Shown here: positions 47,206-57,472 of the stretch, piece after piece | Layout of the letters: the number at the start of each line of letters is the position of its first letter | Numbering within the stretch: position 1 is the first letter of the stretch | Notes under the pieces: model-generated | The model's input: only the letters and a program-made list of their open reading frames with translations | What the model was told of the DNA's origin: nothing | Databases searched by the model: none | Position numbers and translations under genes: made by a program | NCBI GenBank assembly: GCA_040767805.1 | Contig: JAXGNU010000004.1 | Location: forward strand, 116,763-180,762 | Source: Thermovirgaceae bacterium | Lineage (GTDB): Bacteria > Synergistota > Synergistia > Synergistales > Thermovirgaceae | DNA: 64,000 bases | Direction of reading: 5' to 3'

Positions 47206-47921
47206 CTGCTGTGCCCCATTATCTGCGACACCAGGGCCATGCCGAAGAAGGCGCCCCAGGTGCCGCCGCTGAAGCCCCGCAGGGGAAGGGCCAAAAGGGC
47301 GATGACGGCCAGGAGGATCAGGCAGGCCGCCCCGTAGCAGAGGAAGGAGTAGACGGGGAGGCTGACCCTGGCCCTGACCACCCGCCCGGTGAGGAAGTAG
47401 CCCGTGGCGAACCATGCCCCCAGGAGCGCCAGCAGGTCCCCGAAAAGGGCCTCGCCCCCCAGGGCGAAGTCCCCGGCGCCTATCACGACGACGCCGATGA
47501 AACTCAGCAGGATGCCCGTCCAGGTCGTACCGCTCACCCTGTCGCCGCTCACGAAGGGCGAGAGGATGGCCGTCCAAACGGGAATGGTCTGTACGATGAC
47601 CACGCTGCTGGCGATGGAGGTGTAAAAAAGCGACGTGATCCAGGTGGAAAAGTGCAGCGCCAGGAAAGCGCCCGCCAGGAGGACCCGGAGGAGGTCACCG
47701 CCCCGCAGGTCGGATAGTTCGCCCCGGCAGCGCAGCAGCACCAGCGGCGCCATGGCCGCCGTCGCGATCCCCGTGCGGTAGAAGGAGATCACCAGGGGCG
47801 GCGCGTCGGCGAAACGGGCGAAGATGGAACCCGTCGATATCCCGATCACGCCGAGGACGAGGACGAGGGCTGGCGCCAGGCGCCTGGGGGGAGAGGGCGT
47901 CATCTCGCGGTCGGCTCTCAT
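47022..47921 (-). CDS. DMT/EamA family transporter
   Basis: FLALHF, GDLLAL, LGEPIGA; ~10 TM segments. Confidence 0.88.
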   Translation of the reverse strand: MRADREMTPSPPRRLAPALVLVLGVIGISTGSIFARFADAPPLVISFYRTGIATAAMAPLVLLRCRGELSDLRGGDLLRVLLAGAFLALHFSTWITSLFYTSIASSVVIVQTIPVWTAILSPFVSGDRVSGTTWTGILLSFIGVVVIGAGDFALGGEALFGDLLALLGAWFATGYFLTGRVVRARVSLPVYSFLCYGAACLILLAVIALLALPLRGFSGGTWGAFFGMALVSQIMGHSSYNWTLKYLSATVVAVALLGEPIGATLLARLFFGETLTAAKVAGGAFILAGIVVAAKGERT

Positions 47922-47934
47922 AGCGCTCCGGGCG

Positions 47935-48780
47935 TCACATCATCATCAGCAGGCTCAGGGCCATGAGGGCCATGCCCGCTACCAGTCCGATCAGGCTGTC
48001 GTGCCCCTTGCCGTAGGCCCGGCTCAGGGGGAGCAGTTCATCGAGGCTGATGTAGACCATGATGCCGGCAACCATGGAAAAGAGAGCCCCGGTGACGGCC
48101 GGTGTGAACTCCCCGCCGCCCACGGCCAGGCGGATGACCCCGTAGGCCGCGAGGGCCCCGACGGGCTCGGCCATGCCGCTCAGGAGGGAGTAAACGAAAG
48201 CCTTGAACCTGTCGCCCGTGGCGTAGAAGATGGGCACCGAGACGCTGATGCCCTCGGGGATGTTGTGAAGTGCCACGGCCACGGCTATGACGATGCCCAG
48301 GTTGGGGTTCTGCAGGGCGGCGAGGAAGGTGACCAGGCCCTCGGGGAAGTTGTGGATCGCTATGGCCAGGGCCGTGAAGACCCCCGTCCTCAGCATCCCC
48401 CTGTCAGGGGTACCGCCCTCCGAGGCGGCCTTGGCAGGGCCCTTGTGAAGGGAGGCGGTCTCCTCCGCGGTCCTGGCCTCGTGGGGGTTCTCCTCCTGGG
48501 GGATCAGGTAGTCGATGACCCCTATCAGGGCCATCCCCCCGAAGAAAAAGGCCGTGTTCAGCCATTCGCCCCTGACGCCGAAGGCCCCCCTGAGGGAGAT
48601 GGAGCCCTGGAGGAGTATCTCCACGAAGGAGACGTAGAGCATCACTCCCGCCGAGAAACCGGTGGAGACCGAGAGGAAACGGTAGTTCGTCCTGTCGGCG
48701 AAGAAGGCTATCGCGCTGCCGATGCCCGTAGCCATGCCGGCGAGGAGGGTCAGCCCGAAGGCGTAGGCTAAACCGCTCAA
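47935..48780 (-). CDS. zupT: ZIP-family zinc transporter ZupT
   Basis: [28 protein letters not shown]. Confidence 0.9.
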   Translation of the reverse strand: MSGLAYAFGLTLLAGMATGIGSAIAFFADRTNYRFLSVSTGFSAGVMLYVSFVEILLQGSISLRGAFGVRGEWLNTAFFFGGMALIGVIDYLIPQEENPHEARTAEETASLHKGPAKAASEGGTPDRGMLRTGVFTALAIAIHNFPEGLVTFLAALQNPNLGIVIAVAVALHNIPEGISVSVPIFYATGDRFKAFVYSLLSGMAEPVGALAAYGVIRLAVGGGEFTPAVTGALFSMVAGIMVYISLDELLPLSRAYGKGHDSLIGLVAGMALMALSLLMMM

Positions 48781-49772
48781 ACCCCGGACCCCTCCCTGGT
48801 CACCGGTATGGCCAGGTCGTCGACGAACTCGTAGAAGGAATCAGCCTTGCGCCCGACGGCACCCAACGCCTCCAGGCTAATGATCCAGGCGTCGGCCGGT
48901 TCCGCCGGCGCTACCAGCCCCCTCCCGGCGGTGCGAAGCCTTCTGGCAAGTTCCCGGGCCTCCTCCTCCGTCCGGGTGGCCCAGAACCACCAGGAGAAGC
49001 TGCTCTGCTGGTGGACGTCTATGTCGAAACGACCGGGGAGGTAAACGTGCCGGTTGTCCAGCAGGAAGAGGAAGAAGGCGGTTATATCCGAGGCGGCCTC
49101 CTCCAGCCCGAAGGACCGGGGGTCCCGTACGACGTTCAAGAAGAGGCGGTCCGTGTTCAGGAGCCCCCACCGGTCCGTCTCGACCCGGCTACGCCAATAA
49201 TAGGCGTAGTCGCACTGGTTTAGGCAGAGGACATGGGGTGACCAGGCGACCCTTTCAAGCCCCAGGCCGTCCACCCTATCCTCCAGCTCGGCCAGGCTTT
49301 CCCCTTCGGCAGCGCGGCCCCGGGGGAAGGAAGATACCATTTTAGTCACTTGGGGGTGTTCCAGGAGGCCCCAGGCTATGGCCTCCCCGGAGAGGGAAAA
49401 GGCCTCCTCCCTCGTGACGCGAGGGAAGTACTCGAGCCCGGGGGAGGGGGTCACCTTCTTGGTGCCCTGAAAGCCCTTGAAGCCCCTTTCAAAGAGCAAC
49501 GCCGTCTTCAGCTTCAGGCCCTCCAGCTCCGGGTCGGCGGGCTTCCCCCCCGGCAAGGACTCCAGGTAGGATTCCGCGGCCCACCGAAGGAAGGCCTTCC
49601 GCCCTTTCTCGGTCAGGCGGAAACCTCCCTCGAGGTCCTCCAGGTACCTCTCCTTACGCAGGGAGACGGCCGCGGCGGGGTCTTCGCCGGCCAGCGTGAT
49701 CAGTTCTTCGGTCCAGAAAGGCCTGCTCTCGTCGAAAAGGAGCAGCACCCGTTCAATGCCCATGATCTTCAC
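48777..49772 (-). CDS. Hypothetical protein (331 aa; possible N-terminal winged helix)
   Basis: Fills the gap between cls and zupT with tight spacing; FRLTEKGR wing-like motif. Confidence 0.7.
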   Translation of the reverse strand: MKIMGIERVLLLFDESRPFWTEELITLAGEDPAAAVSLRKERYLEDLEGGFRLTEKGRKAFLRWAAESYLESLPGGKPADPELEGLKLKTALLFERGFKGFQGTKKVTPSPGLEYFPRVTREEAFSLSGEAIAWGLLEHPQVTKMVSSFPRGRAAEGESLAELEDRVDGLGLERVAWSPHVLCLNQCDYAYYWRSRVETDRWGLLNTDRLFLNVVRDPRSFGLEEAASDITAFFLFLLDNRHVYLPGRFDIDVHQQSSFSWWFWATRTEEEARELARRLRTAGRGLVAPAEPADAWIISLEALGAVGRKADSFYEFVDDLAIPVTREGSGV

Positions 49773-49778
49773 TCCCTT

Positions 49779-51233
49779 CTAGAGGAGAGGGCTCATCAGT
49801 TTGGCCACGCCCTCGACGGCCTTGAAGAGGAAGGGACGTTTCTCCCACTCCAGCTTCGACAATTCCGTCGAGGCCTCGAGGAACTTTTTCTGCTCCGCCA
49901 GTATGGGAGCCACGGTCTTTTCGCCGTACACCACGCAGTTTATCTCAAAGTTGAGCGTGAAGGACCTGATATCGAAGTTGCTGGACCCGAAGAAGCACAG
50001 GTTGCCGTCGACGCTCATGGTCTTGGCGTGGATGACCCCGTCGCCGTAGAGGAAGATCCTGACGCCCTTGTCCATGAGGAGATCGTAATAGGCCATGGCC
50101 GCCTTCCCCACCAGGAACTGGTCGGACCTCCTGGGTATGACCAGCTTGATGTCGGCGCCGTTGAGGACGGCCACCTCCAGACCCTCCACAAGGCTCTCGT
50201 CGGGGATGAGGTAGGGGGTGGTGATGACGACCTCCTTCGAGGCCGAGTGCAGCGCCGATACCACCAGCCGCTGGTAGTTCTCGGTACGGTAGGAGGGGCC
50301 GCTGGGCACCGCCTGGAAGAGGTGCTCGCCGTCGTGGCTGAAGAGCGGCTCGCCGGCGCGCTCGTCGATCAGTTCCAGGGTTTCCACGTACCAGTCCTCC
50401 AGGAAGACCCTCTGCAGCTGGAGGGTCCCCGGTCCCTCGACGCGCATGGTCAGGTCCTTCCAGAGGAGTCCCTTGGCCTTGCCCCCGTAGGAGGGCTCGA
50501 TCATGTTGTGGGAGCCGGTGTACCCGATCCTGCCGTCGATGACGGCGATCTTGCGGTGGTTCCTGAGGTCGAACCTGGCGGAGAGGGGGTCGCGCCGGAA
50601 CATGCTCAGGGGGAGGGCGCCCACCACCTTGACCCCCGCCTCCCGCAGCGCCGGGGCCTTCCTCTTCAGGAACCTCACCGAACCCAGGGAGTCCACCAGC
50701 AGGCGGCAGGACACCCCCCTGGCGGCCGCCCTTTCCAGGGCCTCCAGGACGGGCCCGGTCACGCCGTCCCTGGCGAAGATGTAGTAAAGGAGGTGGACGT
50801 GATGCGCGGCGGAATCGATATCATCGGCGAGGGACCGGGCCAACTCCTCCGTCGAGTCGATGATCTCCATCCTGTTCCCCCCGGTGGGGGGCATGTCCCC
50901 CAGTTTTTCGGCGAGGGAAGCCAGGCGGTAGAGGCGCAGAAGGCCGCTCGGCAGGTCCTTTTCTTCGGGTTTTTCTGCGTCCCAGGCGGCGCAGCAGGAG
51001 CGGTCCAGGTTCTTCAGGATGGTCTCGTGCCGTTCGGCCCTCCGGGCGGGGAGCCTGAAGGAGCCGAACACCAGGTAGAGGGCGAGCCCCGGGATGGGCC
51101 AGAAGAAGATCACCAGCAGCCACGTCATGGCCGCCGAGGGGGTATGCAGCTGGGGTATGACGGCGATGCTCGCGAGCCTTATGACGACCGAGGAGAGGTC
51201 GTGGATCAGGATCACGAGCAGTCCCAGGTCCAT
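49779..51233 (-). CDS. cls: Cardiolipin synthase
   Basis: Two N-terminal TM segments, two HKD motifs (RNHRKIAVID, IHAKTMSVD). Confidence 0.93.
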   Translation of the reverse strand: MDLGLLVILIHDLSSVVIRLASIAVIPQLHTPSAAMTWLLVIFFWPIPGLALYLVFGSFRLPARRAERHETILKNLDRSCCAAWDAEKPEEKDLPSGLLRLYRLASLAEKLGDMPPTGGNRMEIIDSTEELARSLADDIDSAAHHVHLLYYIFARDGVTGPVLEALERAAARGVSCRLLVDSLGSVRFLKRKAPALREAGVKVVGALPLSMFRRDPLSARFDLRNHRKIAVIDGRIGYTGSHNMIEPSYGGKAKGLLWKDLTMRVEGPGTLQLQRVFLEDWYVETLELIDERAGEPLFSHDGEHLFQAVPSGPSYRTENYQRLVVSALHSASKEVVITTPYLIPDESLVEGLEVAVLNGADIKLVIPRRSDQFLVGKAAMAYYDLLMDKGVRIFLYGDGVIHAKTMSVDGNLCFFGSSNFDIRSFTLNFEINCVVYGEKTVAPILAEQKKFLEASTELSKLEWEKRPFLFKAVEGVAKLMSPLL

Positions 51234-51255
51234 TCCATTCTCACCCCCCCCAGGG

Positions 51256-52062
51256 TTACAGGGACAGGCAGAAATCACAGACCACCGGCAGGTGGTCCGA
51301 AAACCTCACTTTGGGCACCTTCACACCGGAGACGGTTATCTCCGGGGAGTGCAGTATGAGGTCGAGGCCGAGCATCGGCCGGCCGCTGGGGTAGGTCCGC
51401 CTCCCCCGGGCGTCGGCCTTTACCAGGCCGGCCTCCAGGAGGGACCCTATCTCGTGGTCGCCCCCGAAGGTGTTGAAATCTCCGGCTATCAGGAGGGGCC
51501 TCTCCCGCCCCCTGGCCAGGTCGGCCAGCTCGCGGATCTGCTCCCTCCTCGCGCCGGGCCCCAGCGACAGGTGGACCAGTTTCATATCGAAGCCGTCGAA
51601 CCGCGCCTCAATGACGGTGTTCTTTATTCCCCTGCCGAGCCTCCGGACCGACGACCCCCGGATCGGGAGGGAGGAGACCACCGCGTTGCCCTGGTGTTGA
51701 AGCAGCGGAATGTGACCGGAGATCCCGGGGGCCCGGTACTTGGGTGAGAAGACCCAGTCCTGCCCCAAGACCTCCGCCAGGGAGCCGGGCTGGCTTTTTC
51801 CGCCGTTCCGGAAGGAGCCCCCGTCGGTCTCGATGAGCCCCACGATGTCGGGCTCGAGGGAGGCGATGAACTTTTCGATGCGGCCGGAGCGCGCCGTGGT
51901 GGTCCTCAAGGCCCCCGCGAAGGGAAAGGGGACATGGTAGCCCCACCCCGTGCCCGTGCCGTACCGGGTATTGTAAAGGACGAGCCTTATCGAACCGTCT
52001 TTCAGCGGCGCCACCTCCCTTCTTCGAGCTTTCTCTTCCCCCTGACGGCCGTCGTCTTCCAT
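51256..52062 (-). CDS. Endonuclease/exonuclease/phosphatase family protein (start uncertain)
   Basis: YN, DIVGLIE, GNAV, VHLSL, GDFN, SDHLP. Confidence 0.88.
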   Translation of the reverse strand: MEDDGRQGEEKARRREVAPLKDGSIRLVLYNTRYGTGTGWGYHVPFPFAGALRTTTARSGRIEKFIASLEPDIVGLIETDGGSFRNGGKSQPGSLAEVLGQDWVFSPKYRAPGISGHIPLLQHQGNAVVSSLPIRGSSVRRLGRGIKNTVIEARFDGFDMKLVHLSLGPGARREQIRELADLARGRERPLLIAGDFNTFGGDHEIGSLLEAGLVKADARGRRTYPSGRPMLGLDLILHSPEITVSGVKVPKVRFSDHLPVVCDFCLSL

Positions 52063-52124
52063 TCACGCTTCTTGACGGGCCGTCTCCGGGAAGCAGATAT
52101 TATAGCACAGAACGGAGGGAGGCT

Positions 52125-53780
52125 TCAGGGGCGGCGCCCTTCGATGATCCTCCCCACGACGAAGCGCAGGATCTCAGGATAGACTTCGAGCATGTAGGGC
52201 AGGTGGACGCGCTCGGTGCATTTGTGGGAGTCCTTGGCCACGGCTCCCAGGTTCAGTATCGGTATGTCCAGTCCGGCCAAGGCCTCGACGGGGAGCCGGT
52301 ACAGCCTCCCCCAGCCCGGCATGTTGTCGGCGAAGACCTCCATCTCCCGGTCATCGCCCTGGAAGCCGCAATAACTCAGGTCCGAGACGCCTTCCAAGAA
52401 GGGCCTTACCTCGAGGTCAAGGCCGAAACGCCCTTTCATCTCACGGACCGCCTCGAGGGCCGCTCCCTCGACCGCCCTCTCGCCGGGACTCGCGCCCAGG
52501 TTGGCCCTGTGGGGGTACCAGGGGGGAAGAAAACCCACCACCACGACGGGGGCGGCTGGGCCGCAGCGGTCCACCATCGCGCCGACCAGTCGGGCGGCGA
52601 GGTCCCTCTCGTCGGCCCCCGGCGGGGCCGCCTCCAGCGTCGCCGCCACGAAAGGATCGTACCCCTCCCCCAGGGTCTCCTTTGCCAGGCGGGTGAGTTC
52701 GGCGAAGGTGAGCACCGCGGGTTCCCATTCGCGGAGGCCCGACAGGGACCCGCCCCGGGCGATGAATTCCCCGGCGTTCTTCCGATATTGCCCGATGGAA
52801 GCCTCCAGGGCCTCCCGGGCAACGGCCTCCAGGACGGAGAGTATCTCCCCCGGCTGCCGGGTGGACGTCAGGTAGCTGTAAAAGGCGAAGCCCCGGGTCA
52901 TGATGGTGGCCGAGTAATCCCCCCGGAGGTCGGTCTGCCTCTGGCAGCCAAAGGGCGGGAAGATCCTCCTCTGGAAGGAGTCGGCGAAGGCAGGGTTGCC
53001 GTCGAGGGCCAGGTTTATCCGCGAGAGGACCGGCGCGGGGGAGAAGCCCTCGTAGTACTCGCCGGCGTGGGCCTCCTTGCCGACGCAGAAGAAAAAACAG
53101 TTTACCTTCCCCAGGCTGCCCAGGTATATCGTCGGCCCCCCCTCCCCCCCGGGGGCGAAGGTGGGCTCCAGGTCGACGCAGGCCAGGTAGTTGAGGCCTT
53201 CTTCCTTTTGGAAGCGGGCTAGGTACGAGGAGGCCGAGAGCATCCCGAGGGAGTTGTTCTCCTCGTCGGGGACGAAAAGGACGGCCACGTTGGCGCCGTA
53301 CTTCCCAGCATTTTCGGCGGCCTCCATGAAGAGGTCCATCCCGGCCGCCACACCGCTTTTCATGTCGGCGACGCCCCTCCCGAAGAGCCACTGGCCGGAC
53401 TCGAGGTCCCTCCTCGCGTCGGCGGGGATCGCCGCCGACGCGAGGCGCCGGGTGTACTCCTCGGGCTGGAAGGCGTAAGGGGCGAGCGGGCCGCAGCCCT
53501 CGACGCCCACCACGTCCATGTGCCCCGTCAGGATGACCGTGTCGGCCGTCTCCCTTTCGGCCCTGACGATGGCGAAGACGAGGTGCCTGCCGTGGGGGTC
53601 GCCCTCCAGAGGCAGGAGGCGCAGGTCCCCGGGGCGCCTCTCGAAGTAGGGCAGTTCCCGGAGACGGTCATGGATGAAGCGGGCGATCCGGTTCTCGCTC
53701 TCGCCGCAAGGCGATACGCTGGGTATCCCCACCAGGTCGAGGAAAAGCCGGTAAAGCCGGTCCCCCTCGCGGGGCTTCAT
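52125..53780 (-). CDS. RocB-like M20/M25/M40 metallo-hydrolase
   Basis: GHMDVV, FGRGVADMKSG, VPDEE, GVSDLSY, DSHKCTER. Confidence 0.88.
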   Translation of the reverse strand: MKPREGDRLYRLFLDLVGIPSVSPCGESENRIARFIHDRLRELPYFERRPGDLRLLPLEGDPHGRHLVFAIVRAERETADTVILTGHMDVVGVEGCGPLAPYAFQPEEYTRRLASAAIPADARRDLESGQWLFGRGVADMKSGVAAGMDLFMEAAENAGKYGANVAVLFVPDEENNSLGMLSASSYLARFQKEEGLNYLACVDLEPTFAPGGEGGPTIYLGSLGKVNCFFFCVGKEAHAGEYYEGFSPAPVLSRINLALDGNPAFADSFQRRIFPPFGCQRQTDLRGDYSATIMTRGFAFYSYLTSTRQPGEILSVLEAVAREALEASIGQYRKNAGEFIARGGSLSGLREWEPAVLTFAELTRLAKETLGEGYDPFVAATLEAAPPGADERDLAARLVGAMVDRCGPAAPVVVVGFLPPWYPHRANLGASPGERAVEGAALEAVREMKGRFGLDLEVRPFLEGVSDLSYCGFQGDDREMEVFADNMPGWGRLYRLPVEALAGLDIPILNLGAVAKDSHKCTERVHLPYMLEVYPEILRFVVGRIIEGRRP

Positions 53781-53783
53781 GGG

Positions 53784-55013
53784 CTATTTCCCCCCGCCAC
53801 GGCCGGCGCGGTGCCGCCTCAGCGCCTTTGCCAGCCTGAGGGCCCCCTCCTCCGCCTGGTCGGGCTTGACCGAGGCGAAGGCGAAGCGGATCCTGTCTCC
53901 CCCCCTGCCCGGCTCGGGGTAGAAGTGGGCACCCGGCACCACCGCCACCTTTTCGTTCTTTATGGCCTCCATCGCGAAGGCCTGCGCGTCCTTCAACCAG
54001 GGAATCCTCCCCCAGATGAAGAACCCGCCGCCGGGGGCGACGACCTCGAGCCCCTCCGGCCCGGCATGCTTCACCAGGGAGGCGGCCAGGGCATCGCGGT
54101 TCGCCTTGTAAAGGGGGCGCACCTTCGCCAGATGCTTCTGGAGGCCTCCGGCGCCGACCAGGTCACAGACGGCGTACTGGATGATATCGGGCAGGCAGAG
54201 GGTCCCGGCGATGCGCAGCTTCTCCAGGGCCATGACGACGGGGCAGGGCGCGATCATCCAGCCCAGCCTGAGGCCCGGGGCGATGACCTTCGAGAAACTG
54301 CCCAGGTAGATCACCCTCCGGTCGTCACCGGACGCGCGGATGTAGGTGCCCCGGGGTTTCTCCTCGAAGGTGATGTTCCTGTAGGGGTCGTCCTCGAAGA
54401 TGGCGAAGTCGTGGCGCCGGGCCAGTTCCAGCACCCGCTCCTTCTTCTCGTCGCTGGTGGAGAACCCCGTGGGGTTCTGGTAGGTGGGGATCGTGTAGAA
54501 GGCCTTGACCTTCTTTTCGGCGAGGAGCCTCTCCATCGCTTCGATATCGGGCCCGTCGGGGAGCAGGTCGACCCCCTCGAGGAGCACCCCGTCCCGGCGG
54601 AAGACGCCCAGGGCGTCGGGGTAGGAGGGCGATTCCACCATCACCCTGTCGCCGGGGTCGAGGAGGCACTCCGACAGGAGGGACATCCCCTCCTGGGAGC
54701 CGTTGGTGATCAGGAGGTCCTCCGGCGTGACCCACCCGGGGAGGAGCCCGTCGCGCCCCATCCACTCCACTATCCACCGGAGGAGGTCCGGCACACCGCG
54801 CCGGTGGGGGGTGTAGCCCCACCTGACCCGACCCTGGGCAAGCACCTTCTGGAAGGACTCCCTCAGCTCCTTTTCGGGGTACAGTTCGTCCATGGGTTCG
54901 CCGGCGGAGAGCATAAGGGCCCCCTGGCGTACCGCCTCCCTCATCACCACCGAGATGGCCGACTCCTCGAGCCTGTCGCGAACGGTCGCGCTGAAACGGT
55001 CCTTCCACTCCAT
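53784..55013 (-). CDS. PLP-dependent aminotransferase (class I/II, LysN/ARO8-like)
   Basis: TNGSQ, YQNPTG, EDDPY, SFSKVIAPGLRLG. Confidence 0.9.
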   Translation of the reverse strand: MEWKDRFSATVRDRLEESAISVVMREAVRQGALMLSAGEPMDELYPEKELRESFQKVLAQGRVRWGYTPHRRGVPDLLRWIVEWMGRDGLLPGWVTPEDLLITNGSQEGMSLLSECLLDPGDRVMVESPSYPDALGVFRRDGVLLEGVDLLPDGPDIEAMERLLAEKKVKAFYTIPTYQNPTGFSTSDEKKERVLELARRHDFAIFEDDPYRNITFEEKPRGTYIRASGDDRRVIYLGSFSKVIAPGLRLGWMIAPCPVVMALEKLRIAGTLCLPDIIQYAVCDLVGAGGLQKHLAKVRPLYKANRDALAASLVKHAGPEGLEVVAPGGGFFIWGRIPWLKDAQAFAMEAIKNEKVAVVPGAHFYPEPGRGGDRIRFAFASVKPDQAEEGALRLAKALRRHRAGRGGGK

Positions 55014-55196
55014 GAAAAGAACCCTCCCTCGGGGATCCCCGAGGCCGCTCACGCCTAATTTACCGGCCGGGGGATCGGGTCATGGTACAGAGAGGATTGT
55101 ACCAGCCCGGGGCGCGCCTTCAAAACCCCGGCGCCCTTCACTTCCGGCCCGGGAACGGGCATACTCTTGGCGAGGCTTTTTTCAAAGCGGGGAGTG

Positions 55197-56330
55197 ATGA
55201 TGGTGAAGATAGAACCCTTCGGCGTCGAGCAGTGGATGGGGCGCTGGGAGACCCTGGCGGTCAACAACATCGCCGAGACCTGCGTCGATTCCCTGGTCCT
55301 CTACGACCTGCTCGAGATGTCGGGCAGGAAGGAAGATATCATCGTGGACCTCCTGGGCGCCAGGATGACCTACGGAGATATCAGGGGGAGCGAAAGGCTC
55401 CGGGGCCTCATCGCAGGCCTTTACGAGGGCGGCGACCCGGAGAGGGTCCTCGTCATGAACGGGGGATCGGCGGCCAACTTCCTGGCCCTCTTCACCCTGG
55501 TGGAACCCGGCGACAGGGTCATCAGCGTGTGGCCCACCTACCAGCAGCTGACCAGCATCCCCGAAGCCTTCGGGGCGGAGGTGAGGATACTACCCCTGAG
55601 ACCCGAGAACGGCTGGCTCCCCGACCCGGACGAATTGAGGGGGATGGCCCGCGAAGGGGTCGACCTTGTCTGCCTCAACAACCCCAACAACCCCACGGGA
55701 TCCCTCATGGGCAGGGGCCTGCTGGAGGAGATCGCCCTCATCGCCCGTGAAAAGGGGGCCTGGGTCCTCTGCGACGAGGCCTACCGGGGGCTCAACCATG
55801 AGGAGGGCGCCCCGGCGACCTCCATAACGGAGGTCTACGAAAAGGGCATAAGCACGGGGAGCTTTTCAAAGGTCTTCTCCCTGGCCGGCCTGAGGAGCGG
55901 GTGGATGACGGGCCCCGCGGAGTTCATCGAGGAGGCCTTCTCCCGGAGGGATTACACTACCATCAGCTGCGGCCCCCTGGTGGACGCCCTCTCGGTGGTC
56001 GCCCTCGAAAACCGAGGCGGGATCATGGAGAGGAACCTCGGCATCATCAGGGAGAGCCTCGCCGTACTGGAGGAGTGGATCGACGCCCACCCACGTTTCC
56101 ACTGGGTCAAACCCCGGGCGGGGACGACGGCCTTCCCCGGTTACGATTACGACATGCCCTCCGACGAGTTTTGCGTCGACCTGTTGGGCAGCACGGGGAC
56201 CTTCCTCCTCCCCGGGAGCTGCTTCGGCATCGACAAGAGGCTCCGGGTGGGTTACGCCTACGGCACGGAAGTGCTCCGGCGGGGGCTGGCTTCCCTGTCG
56301 GAGTGGCTTGAAAGCCGTTTCCCCGGTTGA
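55197..56330 (+). CDS. PLP-dependent aminotransferase class I/II
   Basis: NNPNNPTG, CDEAY, SFSKVFSLAGLRSG. Confidence 0.9.
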   Translation: MMVKIEPFGVEQWMGRWETLAVNNIAETCVDSLVLYDLLEMSGRKEDIIVDLLGARMTYGDIRGSERLRGLIAGLYEGGDPERVLVMNGGSAANFLALFTLVEPGDRVISVWPTYQQLTSIPEAFGAEVRILPLRPENGWLPDPDELRGMAREGVDLVCLNNPNNPTGSLMGRGLLEEIALIAREKGAWVLCDEAYRGLNHEEGAPATSITEVYEKGISTGSFSKVFSLAGLRSGWMTGPAEFIEEAFSRRDYTTISCGPLVDALSVVALENRGGIMERNLGIIRESLAVLEEWIDAHPRFHWVKPRAGTTAFPGYDYDMPSDEFCVDLLGSTGTFLLPGSCFGIDKRLRVGYAYGTEVLRRGLASLSEWLESRFPG

Positions 56331-56458
56331 GGGGACCCGGCGCCGTTCTTCGGTTACCTTGTGATTTCATCATTCGGACAGCTATACCCCTAATCCGTAT
56401 AATGTGGTAGACTCAAAGCCGGACCCGGCGGCGGCCGTCGGCCGCCGGGAGGACGACG

Positions 56459-57472
56459 ATGGAATTTCAAAGGGTGCGGCTGGTACGTTCCGACGTGACG
56501 AACCCCTGGGATAACCTGGCCAGGGAAGAGCAGCTGGTGAACCTCTGCGAAGAGGGCGAGGCGATCCTCTACCTCTGGCGGAACGCCCACACCGTGGTGG
56601 TGGGGCGCAACCAGAACCCCTGGGCCGAATGCCGCCTGGACCTCCTCGAGTCGGAGGGGGGCAAGCTCGCCCGGCGCTCGACCGGCGGGGGGGCGGTCTA
56701 CCACGATCTCGGCAACCTCAACTACTCCTTTATCCTTCCCAGGAAGCGCTACGACATGGAACGGCAGCTGGCCGTCATCCTCGGCGCCCTCCGGGGGCTC
56801 GGCCTCGCTGCCGAGTTCTCCGGCAGGAACGACCTGGTCATCGGCGGCAGGAAGTTCTCGGGCAACGCCTACCAGCTGACCAGGGACAAGGGGCTCCACC
56901 ACGGCACCCTCCTCTTCTCCGCCGACATGGCCATGCTCTCCCGGTACCTGAACGTGGACCCCGAAAAACTGAAGACCAAGGGGGTGGCCTCGGTGGCCTC
57001 CCGGGTGATGAACCTCCGGGACGCCTCACCGGGCCTGACCCTGGCGGACCTCCAGGACGCCCTCGAAGGGGAGTTCCTCGCCCGCTACCCCGCCGCCGAA
57101 CGGCTCAGGGAACAGGGGGCGCCCGGGGGGGAGGAGTTCCAGCGCCTCGCCAGGCGCTACCGGAGCCGGGAGTGGCGTTACGGCCGCTCCCCCGGCTGCG
57201 AGGTCTCGCTCCGGCGGCGCTTCCCCTGGGGGGGGCTGGAGGTCCGCTTCGACGTGAGGGACGGCCGCGTCTCCTCGCCGGTGGTCTTTTCCGACGCCAT
57301 GGACGGCGAGATGATCCTCGCCCTCGGCGGAACTCTCGAAGGAGTGCCCTTCCGGTGGAAGGAGATGGCCGACGCGGTCAGGAGGGATTTCCCGGGCCGG
57401 CGGGAGATGGCCGAAACGGCCGCCTGGCTCGAGGAAGCCCCCGTAGGTGAAAGGAAGGAGGCCTGTTCATGA
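56459..57472 (+). CDS. lplA: Lipoate-protein ligase A
   Basis: GRNQN, RRSTGGGAVYHDLGN, KFSGNA, HHGTLL. Confidence 0.93.
   Translation: MEFQRVRLVRSDVTNPWDNLAREEQLVNLCEEGEAILYLWRNAHTVVVGRNQNPWAECRLDLLESEGGKLARRSTGGGAVYHDLGNLNYSFILPRKRYDMERQLAVILGALRGLGLAAEFSGRNDLVIGGRKFSGNAYQLTRDKGLHHGTLLFSADMAMLSRYLNVDPEKLKTKGVASVASRVMNLRDASPGLTLADLQDALEGEFLARYPAAERLREQGAPGGEEFQRLARRYRSREWRYGRSPGCEVSLRRRFPWGGLEVRFDVRDGRVSSPVVFSDAMDGEMILALGGTLEGVPFRWKEMADAVRRDFPGRREMAETAAWLEEAPVGERKEACS

Noticed and set aside
56330..56459. Glycine riboswitch upstream of lplA-gcv
   Set aside because: The leader after TATAAT is only ~55 nt and lacks the GGAGA, CCGAAG and CUCAGG motifs.
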